Shown: positions 52,372 to 64,000 of the stretch, piece after piece | Position numbering within the stretch: the stretch's first letter is position 1 | How the letters are laid out: the number at the start of each line of letters is the position of its first letter | Origin: Iphione sp. A-MEVVRFRX5 | Taxonomy: Eukaryota | DNA: 64,000 nt | Assembly (NCBI GenBank): GCA_976226885.1 | Contig: OZ320322.1 | Span: forward strand, 37,634,001-37,698,000 | Direction: 5' to 3' | Translations under genes and position numbers: made by a program | Notes under the pieces: generated by a model | What the model was told of the DNA's origin: nothing | The model's input: only the letters and a program-made list of their open reading frames with translations | Database searches by the model: none

Positions 52372-53883
52372 TAAGGGGGTGTTTCTGTTAATCCCATAAT
52401 CGTTGTATACACACCATGGCACAAGTCTTCACTGTATTTACACGTTTTCACATCTGTAACAATGGGTATTTAAAAAAAAAACATGCCCCAAATATGCCTG
52501 ACTTTCACAGAAGAATTGTACAGTTTTCATCTTTGAAACATGGAGCACCCAGACATGCTACATGCATGGATACTCACGCTTACATGGATACACTCCCCCT
52601 ATATTAACATGATCCCCCAAAACATGTTAAAAACACACATACACGCTATGTGCCAATACACGCACATAAACACCCGGCCTTACTCGTACCACTCTAAATA
52701 ACCTCTCCCTACTCTCCTCAAAGCTCTCTGAAAGTCCGTTCAAGTAGTTCGCCCCCCCCTCCCCACCATCCCTTTGCTCATCCAGTGATTACTGACAACC
52801 CTACAGAACTCCTCCTGGGCTCCCTCTCCAGGTGATCGGCTCCCCTGGAGTGGGAAACTAAACAAAGCGCTTCCATAACGGCGGCGGCGAGGAGGGCGGA
52901 CGACGGGCGCCGATGTCTCTATAATGTATAATCATGGATCCATCATCATCGTCCCCCGATCAGCGCCTCACGGCGGTCGCTGTGAAAGATTACAAGGGCC
53001 GACCGCCTCATGCGCCCGACATCAGCAGGCGTCACAGACTCTCTCCATTTTCCCACCTCCCACTAGTTTTTTTTTCGCCTGTCTCCCAGACCCCATCATT
53101 GCCGGGTCTTCAATCAAAAGCCCCGCGCAACACGCGCAGGTATATGTAGTGCAGGATGTTGGCAGTGGACACCAAGAAAAAAAAGTTGAGGAGATTAAGG
53201 CTGTGGGCTGATGAAACGAAGTTGGTTTCTTCAGATAGTTTTTAAGGAAAGGGGCCCAAGATGGGCCGGGGATTTTTAAAAAGAAAAAGCAGAGGGGGGA
53301 TGGGAAGAGGAATGAAACTAAGAAGCAGAAGAAAAGAAGTTGAAGAAGTGGAGGAGGACCAAGAGGAGGAGGAAGAGGAGGGGAAGTGGTGGAGTAGGAG
53401 GAGGAGGAGGAGGAGGAGGAAAGAGGAGCAAGAGAAGGAAAAGATAGGGAAAGTCACGCCCCGCCCTCCCAGTACATTTCGTTACTGCTGGAGATGTTTT
53501 CTTCTGCCTTTTGGCGGCATCTGTAAGGAAATAGGTTTGATGTTGTAACCCAGACGTCAGGGGTCGACGGAAAGCCCGCGCCGCTCTGTGTCCTGACCCG
53601 CTGGGGAGGAGCGCCGTCTTGTCTGCTCAGGTGAGGGCTCCACTCTCCAAACTTCACTTTTTCTTCCGTCTTCGTTTCCATACCTTCTGGCAGTTGTCAG
53701 CTGCAGAGTGAGTATGATGAATCCTCGCGCGTTTCTATTTCATCTTTTCGGGTATGTTTTCGGGAGGCTGGGTTGCTGCTGGTCCAGCGGGTTGTTTGGA
53801 AGTTACATGGTGTTTTGTGTGTTTTTTGCGGGTAGGGAGGTGGGGGGGAGAGGCAGGGAATAGAATGATGTTTGGTTGCTAGG

Positions 53884-54076
53884 CTCTTTGTGGGAGGGGC
53901 AATGGAGGCAAAGAGGACGATGGCGTAAAGACGGGAGAAGACAAAAACTAACGCTGAGCATGGTGCACTTAGTCCTTTCCTCTTTGTGGGAGGGGCAATG
54001 GAGGCAAAGAGGACGATGGCGTAAAGACGGGAGAAGACAAAAACTAACGCTGAGCATGGTGCACTTAGTCCTTTCC
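53884..54076. repeat. Perfect tandem duplication, 2 x 96 bp
   Basis: TCTTTGTGGGAGGGGCAATGG...GCACTTAGTCCTTTCC at 53885-53980 and again at 53981-54076. Confidence 0.95.
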
Positions 54077-57000
54077 CCCCAAGGAGGAATGGAGGGAGGG
54101 AGACGTCTGCTTGAGGCCAGCTTGAGAGAAGGAGCAAGTCAGGTCAGGCATGCTCGCCTTACTGCACAAACAGTGAACACTAGGCACCACCCCCTGCCGC
54201 TCCCTCTAAAGCTTTATGAACAGGCGCCTAGGGTGCTGATGCAGGCTGTGGTGGGTTCGGGCACATTGTGTTGATAGGTACCTATGTTGAAAAGGGGAAG
54301 ATAGGTGTGTGTGAGGGAAAAGACGTGGCAGTGGGGAACCGGGGGGGGGGGCTGCATTGCTGCAGAGCGAACCTCTCGGATCAAGTGGATCCCACCCCAC
54401 TGACAGCTTCAAAGGGATCACCCTCTAACTGGGAGGTAGACCCCTATTGAAGGCATGTCGAGGGCTTGGGCGGGGGGGGGGGTAAAGTTCACCGAGGCAA
54501 CGGTCTCAAGAATCCTATAGTTGCCATCTAGACCAACACATACAGCAAACCGCGCTGATCGGAGACCTCAGCTAACCCCTGTACTTCAGCGCGTCCGCTC
54601 TCGTCGACAGGATCCTGACACAGCTGCATTTATCTGGGGGGACGTATGTGTATACAGATAAAATGCGTTGTTTATCTCCAGGTCGGTGTAGATCATGGCT
54701 GTGGTCGCGGGCTGAGATTGATTCTGGTGACGGCGCCCTGTACGCCTCAAGAAAGATCAGGGTATGAACCACCTCGGAGGAAGGGTAGGACGAAGGGAGG
54801 GAGGGAGGATGGTGTTGGGGTGGGAGGGGGGAGGGTCAGGGTGCTGAGATTAACCAGAGCTTTGACCGAGCTACTGCTTTTATTCACCATTGGTATTTAT
54901 TGCTATGTGTCATCGGGACTGAAGGGATCATCTTACAAACAAAAATTAAATTTCCTTTTTTTCGAACAGGAATATGCAACCAACTGGCTTATCGCAAAGT
55001 TTGTTGATAAATATATAAAAACTGGATTGAAACTGTTTTACTGTGTAAAGCTTTTATTCCCAGGTGTTTCCTTTTACCTAGAGTTCCCTTTCAAGTCTCA
55101 GCAGGTACATCGAGGAGGTGATTTGTTATATGAACATAATAATACCAGGAGCTCCATGGGTTTTGTTCTGGCGGGAAGTTTAAGAGATGTCATCATGCAT
55201 CTTCATACATCTTAACGACATACGATGCCCACCAGTCCTTTTCCTTGCTCATTTTGCATGGGTACACGATACAGGTTAAACCAATAAACTTTTGTTTACA
55301 TGACAGAAATTATATTCACTTCAAAGCGATTATACAAATTTGATCCTGTTACTGTATGTTATTTGTAGGAATTTAGAATAGACTAAACAGTTTGTGAAGC
55401 AGCATCAGATCTCAGGGGAGTCTACCCTTCCAGGTAGCGTGCAGGGGAACGAGAGTGACCTCTGTCGTTCTGAAACGCAAGCGTAGAATGATAAACTCTG
55501 AAACATCCGTCGTGAAGGCGGATCCCGTCTTCATCTTTATCTTTTCGGGTTCGATGCTTGTTCAAGTAAAGATGTGGTTCGTTTGAAGTGATTATCACGA
55601 TCTGTCGTAGTTTGCATACTAGATGATCTAAACGATTTAAGTGATAATTTGGCACGCATCTGTATGTGTACGGGCATGTTAATATTGATTTTGTGACAGT
55701 TTACGAATGCAGGACTATCCAGGTAATTCTATAGCGGTTTTATACTAAACGGTCCATAACTTACATGAAAACTGAATGCTCATACGACACTGTTTGAAAC
55801 AAAAAAAGTGCAACACTGCCCGTTGGTGGTCTTCGCCAAAAATCCTACCCATGAAGTGTCTTGGGGGTACAGACCGACCGACTAACCATAGTACCCAACC
55901 ACTGGCCCCCATCTCGGGGTATATTTCCAAGCGTTCTCGGTTGAGGAAACGTTTGATCTTGGGCCAGAACAAGGTGACTTTGATGGCCGCTGTCCAGTAG
56001 TGCTGGCACGGGAGCCGCTGCGGTCGTTGGGTCGGCCTGTTCGCCCGTCTTGCCGCTAGGTGGGGCCAAGTTGAACCCTGTGGTCATCGTCGGCCGGAGG
56101 GCAGTGGGACGGGGGTCCAGGGAGGGCAGTTACACGGTCGGGTAGTGGTGGGTCACGACACGGTCCCACGGTGAGGCAGCAGGCCGAGCCATTTGGTGTA
56201 GTGACATGCCCACCCGGAGTCCAACCACCCCACTCAACCCTACACCCCAGGATCTCCTACAAGCCCCCACCCCCAAGCTACCCCCTCCAAACAGAGAGGA
56301 AGTCAGCAGAATGGCACTCTGTCGCCTCAGAGCAGCTCATCTCAATTATGAGTCCATTTAAAGCCACACGTGTTCTGTGAGCAGATGGGCCGCCGCGGGC
56401 GTTGAAATGGATGCAAATTGAAATAAAACTGGTCAGTGGAAATGGCCACTGGACCGGTCAGCTAATGTTATCAGCCCTGTCCCGCTGCCTTCTGTCTGAC
56501 TACAGGGACAGTCTGGAGGGGCCTGGAGAGGGTCCAGATAAGAAAAGGTCATTATTAGTATAAAGGGATAATGGCTAACAATCACCTCCCAATGGATAAA
56601 GTGATAAGGAATTAGCAGTGAGGGCCTCACGAGGGGCATTTCAAATGCCAACCTCGGGGACGTAGTAGACTAACATGGACCTTAACACTCGAGGATGCCC
56701 CTTGACCAGTCGTGGGCCCTTTGTGCTCCTTAAGCCACGAAGTTCAGAGATGGGTGAGAACATAAAGGCTCTTGCCCCTTTTTTTGTGACAAGGAAATAA
56801 TCGTACATGTACTCTTTTTTTAACTTACTTAGGATGGGTTGGACTGATCTATTTTTACTGATGAATCATACAACACATTAAAATTTAAAGATCTACTCCA
56901 TTCATGAACCAAGAAAGAAATGACACTTTAGTCTTTCGAGATTGGACGCATACAAACACCCACCAAAACCTGCAACCCCCATCAAAAGTCCGAACCCCGA

Positions 57001-57926
57001 ACGACACTTCCATACAAGGCTGACAAACGCGATTTCAGCGGGAGGTTCATGCCGGGGGGTTCCTGCCACCGTCGTCATAGCGATAACAACGCACACCCAC
57101 AAGTAAACGGATTAGCCTGATAAATCGATGACAAGTCCCTCCTGCTCCCCAGATACCTTTGAATGAACCTGCTGTGTGTCGCTACTGTGAGGAGGAATGA
57201 CTGCGAACTAGAATTCGTTGGCAATTGAAAAGACAAAAAAAAGTAAACCGACCACGCATCCATCTCGACACACAGACAAGGTTCGAATTTAATTTGAGAC
57301 GCAAAATGACATGTAAGTATGTATAATAGCTGGGGATGTAGATATCTGATACAGACACAAATGGTCAATATATGGTCGTTAAGATGGTCAAAGTAGATCT
57401 GAAGGTGTATACAGGTACTCGTCATTGTCATTACTGACATAGGATGGGAGGGAGGACGCATGCGCTGTGACCTGAATTTGAAGCCAGGTCATTCCACTCG
57501 AAGCCACAGGTTCTTAGTCTTGGGCAGATAAATACCAGCCGTCGGCGAGATGTATCATTTCTTAAAGTCAATGGGACGTTCCACGTTACAAAGGGTAGTG
57601 CAGACAAACATTTGGTCTTAAGTCGGACGTCTTGAAGCTATTAAACAATTCGCTTTTCTGCCCCAGTCGACAGTGTCAAGCGTTACAAATGGTAGCAAGT
57701 CATGTGTGGAGAAGTGCCTGGAATGAACCCTCCACATGCAGACGGAAACCCTCCGATAAGCAAGTCTAAGCAGTGTCATAATTAGGCGGCCAATTTTCGT
57801 TCGTTAAGCCAATGTTTACCGTCCGTTTTTTTCTTTGTGTGCGTTCCCTTCAATCGCAACCTCTTATAGCGTAATAGCTAAATGCATGCAGAGACCTTGG
57901 GGTCAAGCCCTCATAGCCGCCACCCA

Positions 57927-57975
57927 GGGTCAAAGTCAGGTCAGCCAATCACATCACGCATAAGCTGTGACGTCA
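57927..57975 (+). promoter_or_regulatory. DR5 (RARE-like) + CCAAT + CRE cassette
   Basis: GGGTCA-AAGTC-AGGTCA at 57927-57943, CCAAT at 57945-57949 and TGACGTCA at 57968-57975. Confidence 0.45.
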
Positions 57976-58552
57976 CGCGAGGCGTAACGTGCAGCAGAGA
58001 GTGTCTAGGAAAAGACAAAGGAATCGAAAAGAATTACAATTAAACTATATGTTCTCTTTTCTGGCATTTTTTCATATCAGTATATCAAATATAACATCTC
58101 AAAGGAAGTTCTCTGGGGTTAAAATTCTTAAGAAATTAAAGTACAACGAAAATATCAAGTCTCAAAAGGAACCATTCTTTGGAGTACATTTTCAGGTTCA
58201 CTGACCCGTTCACGTTCGATGTTTACCAATTACACACCACCGTATCAAACAGAATACCCAGAAAGCAACATATTAGAATATACATGCATTTTAGGTGAGC
58301 AAATATTTACAATTCGTTTGAAAACAATAAAATCGCAGAGACAGTATGGACGATAATAGGAGAAGGAAGGCGTTAGGTCTTGACCATCACGTAGCATTAG
58401 GATACCGGAAGCCAGCCGTTGCTCGTGCATTCGATGTCGTAAAATAACAACAGAGGCAGGACACAAATAAAGCCGGAGAAGAAGAAGAAGAAGCTTATTA
58501 CAGCAGGTCTGAGGCGTGCCGGAGAGGTGAGTGAAGCATGGCATTTGTTCCG

Positions 58553-58611
58553 TGAACTCTCTAGAACAGGCTTGTGGTCAGACATAATCACAAGCTCGGT
58601 TCTACAGGGTG
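58553..58611 (-). ncRNA. mir-10: mir-10 family pre-miRNA hairpin
   Basis: 5p arm CACCCUGUAGAACCGAGCUUGUG (58611-58589) carries the miR-10 seed ACCCUGU and resembles miR-10 UACCCUGUAGAUCCGAAUUUGU. It pairs with 3p arm CACAAGCCUGUUCUAGAGAGUUCA across a 12-nt loop, and the stem extends to about 58545-58620. A CNNC motif (CUUC, 58536-58533) lies 17 nt after the predicted 3' cut. Confidence 0.92.
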
Positions 58612-61228
58612 CACGGGCAAAGCCCGTTCCCATAGCAACCGCATCACATGCTTACAAGCGCTCACTTGTCCCTTGCGTTCTACTGCTGCTGCTGCTGCTT
58701 CTGCTGGTGCTGATGGTAAAAGGAGGTGAATTGATCCCTTCTTGGTCGTCATGGAAACTGATGCCTGGTCCCTGAGAGATAGGAGCCTTCCTGTGGTGGG
58801 GAACTAACATGGTCCTGCGCCCAACCCGCCAGGATATGCGGGCCGATGCATATGGGACACGAACCTAAAGTGAAAGTGGTATGGACTCTATGGCCGACCG
58901 CCTGCCGGCCGTCCCCCACCACAGGGGATACTATCATCTGGCAAGGAGGGCCGCTCGGCACACCTCGGTCGTTGTTGGCTCCAGACAACACCCACCCACA
59001 CCCACACATCCGACCCCATGTGCTAGATTAATTAGGCAGTGACTTGAAAGGCGAGTTCACGCCCGTGTCAAGTAGGTGTAAAATTCAATGGGTCCCTGGG
59101 ACAACGCATGCAGAGCCAGGGGCTGAGGCGCACATCGTTCAAGTGAAGCCCACGCACGAGCTCCTCGGCTGTAAACATGGCCAAACAAACTCAACACCAG
59201 GTGGGCTCCTGGGGAGGGGGGGGGGCTGGTCGTCCCCTCCCCCACATACGCACACAAATGAACCTGCAGAAAGAATTGTAGTGATAGTACTAGTCTTCAC
59301 CTCGTCCATAGTCCACGAACCACTCCAACAAAGGAAACAAATACATGCAAACACAATCGCTGCAGGAACAAAGCTTAACCCGAAATCCATTCCATAATTC
59401 CGGTATTCTTTAATATCAACAAATACAACATGTTTTTTTTTACCCTGTCAAACATAGTTGTTGTATAATATATTGAGAATACATATTCACCTGCGAGACT
59501 GATTTTTGTTATTTTAGACGTTTAGTTATGTTCTAGAACCGTCCATAGAGGGAAAAAAATCCAACCTACAATCTACAAGAATCCTATCCCAGCACACTTG
59601 ATATTTGCATACCAAAAAAGGCAATTAAAGGTTTAACATCCTTATGGTACCACCATGTGTATTTCTACTTGGACGAAAAATACTATTTTGAAGTCATGCT
59701 CGTTAAATTTTATTCTCGCACGGAGAAAAAAAACACACACACAATTAAGTACTTCAAACAAAAATTAAGGTATGTATATTCTTGTTTCTTAACTAAATGT
59801 TAAAGAGAATAACACTACCTGCAATTAGATTGCTATGGAAAAATGTGATTTAAAAAAATTACTCTCAAAGAGCTATACGTCGGTTAAACATTCGCATAAA
59901 AAATCGATGTATAATGTGTATAATAGGAGACCTTTCACAAAGGTCCAAATTACCCTTGTTACCTGTCTTCTCAGACATTGTGCCTTGAACACAATAAAAT
60001 AACTTTTTAAAAGGTCAACTTTTGCGTCAATGCTTCCACCATGTGCGTAGATTTAAAAAAAACGCTACTCACTCGTCTTTGACAGTATACCAACTCAATA
60101 ATGCAAAGTCACTCTGTGCAATGCATATTCTCTTACAAAATTATCTCGGTTAGTTACTACATTTAAGACTTATCCTGTAACATTGTGTAGACATGAACAT
60201 GTATAGCTTTCGTGGATTCTTTCTCTTCATATACAAAGGCTGGAGAGACTCCTTATCTTACAAGTGCATAAACCCGTCCATCACCATACCACGGGTACAA
60301 TGTTTCAACCAGTACTATAGAGCCAGGGGTCATTATAACCACCTGTCGCCTGCCGTGGTAACCCTGGCTAAACTTGACGGATTACACTTATGCTTTGTTG
60401 AGACAAGCCACTCAGGTGCCCTGGGGCGCCTAACCCATTCTATACCAACCTTAGAATATGCCTGTTAGCTTTTGTTGACTGGTACCTTTTTCACAAGCTA
60501 TACCTTGTAGACTCTATCACTTAACCATCCATTACCGCTACCATCTATATATTGATGGGGATGGACCCTACCCTTTCTCCTTTGTTGATTTATACCTTTT
60601 AGAGAATGTCAGTCCAGACTGCGCTAACTATGTGCTACATGTAATCTTTATGGATCTATCATTTGACCTCCAACTTGATATAACAGGTTATGTATGGTAA
60701 TAATTATTGCTACATTGGAACAAGGACGGGATCAATACTTACCCTATCGTTTAGGCTAAAATACATGCGATTAGAATAATAGGTACATGTGATAAATAAT
60801 ACTCCCATGGACACAACTCTACAGAGAGAGAAAAAAACTACCATAATGTGTCGATATAATGATTGTCGATCGCGATCATGACAGTAAATCCAATTTACAA
60901 TGCGTAGGTCATTCAGCTTCCAGCAGTATATAATAATGAGTTGTGTTCTTACCCTTAGGACAAACTACCTCTTTTACTTCACGCGTAAGACGACTTTAAA
61001 AGATCAAATCTGCTCTGAAAACATTCTTGTCTTCATGTGTGTAAAGTACTAAAAGGAAGTTTTGTGTTGTATATGTGTGTTGCCTAGTGTTGAGTCTTTG
61101 TGCTTACGAACCATGTTTAAACCTTCACCTATCTTGTTGAAGTTTTCTCATCTGTGGTGCTACCCTCACTTTTAATGGCCGCCCTCACTCAGGCCATCTG
61201 TTTGCTCAAAGACAGTCCCTGCCAATGG

Positions 61229-61510
<282 letters not shown>

Positions 61511-64000
61511 TCATCTGCATGCGATTTCATAGCGAACAGAATATTTTTGTTTTAAAATATCGTTGGAGTATTTTGAAGCAGCCTATGAAACAAACCAAGA
61601 TAAAACGAAAGCATGAGAAGAGACCCCGTAGTTTTGATTAGGTTGACAGCTTCAAACATCAGTAGGAGTATAATTACTTTAGCAACACATTGCTTATTTC
61701 TAGAGAGAGAAAGAGGAATGAACAGTGATCATACGTATATGAAGAAAATCCAAAACAACTATAACACCAGTGATGACCATAAGCATATCTTGCTGCGTGA
61801 AAAGTGCGATAAGTGACAGTAGTCCCTCTCAAATGAAATTAAAGCTTTCCTGCCGAGTTTGAGACATTACGGTGGCAGCCAATGCTTACAGACAACCAGC
61901 TTTTACGAACTATAGCGGTGCAAACAAATAACTGGAACCAGCTGGGTGCTAGTAGTTAAGTCCTCACCGTCATTGCCCGTTCTTCACCACTACGCCCCCC
62001 CCCCTTCCCTCCGTCCCTAACCCACCCCTTGGAGAGTGGATAAATCTTTTCAGTTTTTTTGTTAAGGCGGGGAAGAAACTGACTTTTACATTTTGACTCT
62101 CATCAGGCTGCTTTTAGCCGAGCAGCTCCCGGCTCGTTAGTCGTCCCATGGGATTCACCGGGTGTTTTTGAATAATTGATGCATTCCGCTTAAGTAAAAA
62201 TGGACGCCTCCCAATGTCTTATCAGTGAGGGAACAACACGGTAGGGGTTACAGGGGGGGAGTGGCAGTGATACTCCTCAAGGTGTACTGGGGGGCGATAG
62301 GAGTTGGCACGTGCGGTGCCCAGCCAATGAATGATTCACGCCATCTCTTATGAATCTCGCCGACTTGCAAATAACCGTTATTTGTTCCGTGGCATTTGCC
62401 AATGTTAAATCGTTCACATTTGGATATGATTAACAAGCCCCTCTCTCTCCGTAAGTAGCCCTGGGTCGGTTTCCTCCCCTCTGCCAAAAGACCCACCCTG
62501 CCTTTCCGTCCTCCAGCACCGCTCATCCTTCACAATGTTAACTTTCAGGCTTTATGGGTAATTACGTAGTGAGTGGTGACTCCTTTGTCTAGAAACCTTG
62601 GCTTCCCACAAAGAGAAATAGGTGCCCATCTTCAGTTCAACCGGTTGTTAAATCGCTTTTGCATTCAACCATTTCTCTAGTACCCATATGAAAGACTGGG
62701 AAAAAGTACATACATCCCATACATATTCAAACATTTTCACTACTGTGTGAACGAGATAAACGCACATGTAATTCGATGTAAACTTGTTTGTGTATCCGGC
62801 TTTGCTTCAAGACTGAGATAACTTTCCAGAGGTCTTTTATGGCGTGGCCAAGCGGCATGCTGAGATATTAAATGCTAGATACCGTCAGTGAAACGAAATA
62901 ACTGTTTTCTCACATGTTGCTCTCTGGGTGCTCATGTTCGTCTTTATTCAGCACGGGAGGGCAGTCAGAGGGCAGAACGGGGCAGTCTAGGGGCAGCGCG
63001 GCCAGCGGGTCGCTAGCTTGATGGGCTACTTGCGCTCTGTTGTCGCCGAACGCTTTGTCTCCGTTATTTGGACGGCGGCTGCACACAGAGGGACCTCATC
63101 TCCCACACAGGCGCTTAGAAGAACAGTTCACAATCTATATGCTAATAGGTCCCCTTTTTAGACATTTTTACGTTGTTATTTCCACCCTTAAGCCTCACAA
63201 ACACCTACATTTCTGGCAGAATACTCGTGGTCGGTTGTGCAATTATTATCTTTAATTATTGCTACGAGCTTAGTCGCCCAACAATAATATCCTCTCTATA
63301 GAATTATAAATCTCGATGTGAGAAGGTTTTTGCATCAGTGCAAGGATGAAATGGGAATATGGGTAAAAGTGCGAAGTAAACGGACACAAATCTTTTGCAA
63401 GGTGTGATTCGTTCTGGCAGGTCAACTGAATTACATCTATTCACAGCAAATAAACTCAAAAGCTAAAGGGCACTGAAAAAGGTATTCGACATTTATAATG
63501 CACAATATACCAGGGAAGTATGAATAGCTTCATAATAATGCTTTCAGATGCCGAAATATTGAGTAAGTTATGAGAGAGAAGACAATGATAGCTCTGGATG
63601 TATTGATGAGATAAAGACTCTCATACTTCTTCTATATATGGATACCCTCTTTGCTGCCCTTCTCTTTATCTTTCTCCTACTCTCTACCTCTGCCGTCTAA
63701 TCCTTCGGTCCTTCTCTTATTGCTCTGTCTTATTCTGTGTGTACCACCAGCTTGCCTGTACGTGCCGGGGTTATGTGTGACCAGGTGGGACGTCAACCTT
63801 GCAACCTCTAGTTAAATGATGGATGCCTCCCACAGTGGTCAGCATGTGGGGTAGTTTTAAATGACCAGTGGTCAGGAGCGCCTCATGATGCAACGCCAAG
63901 CTAAGCTGTCCGCTCTCCCAAGAGAACTCCCTTCAACGCTGGACAGACGGTCACTAGGGGCGGCCAGGGGAGGGAGGAGGGACCACTGAGGGGAGGGGCA

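Noticed and set aside
53261-54274. Glu/Arg-rich ORF and ORFs with repeated peptides
   Set aside because: Generated by a (GAG)n purine tract and the 96-bp tandem duplication.
55745-56087. Protein-like stretch AAIKVTLFWPKIKRFLNRERLEIYPEMG
   Set aside because: No identifiable family motif; short frame bounded by stops.
56074-56130. AACCCTGTGG, a miR-10-like seed on the plus strand
   Set aside because: Flanks do not form a regular pre-miRNA stem and the rest of the arm is unlike miR-10.

Overview
Eukaryotic genomic DNA: a central segment of a spiralian (lophotrochozoan) Hox cluster, with all Hox genes on the minus strand. It contains a complete two-exon Lox5 gene (CDS 14005-13372 joined to 4739-4402, 323 aa, with MSSYY, IYPWM, homeodomain and the diagnostic KLTGP peptide). 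About 47 kb upstream is the homeobox exon (61479-61229) of a divergent central-class Hox gene in the Antp/Hox7 position; its first exon is outside the window. Between them lies a mir-10-family pre-miRNA hairpin (58553-58611, minus strand), which is not the canonical Hox4-Hox5 position. The interval also holds a young CR1/L2-group LINE (intact 944-aa APE-RT ORF2, partial esterase-type ORF1, poly(A) tail), an old LINE 3' relic, two PIF/Harbinger-type MITEs, microsatellites and small duplications. Perfect nuclear-receptor direct repeats (DR0, DR1, DR2, DR5) are spread across the window. Nearly all other ORFs in the track look like chance or low-complexity ORFs. No prokaryote-type systems, CRISPR arrays, rRNA or tRNA genes were seen. 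The species cannot be determined from the sequence alone.
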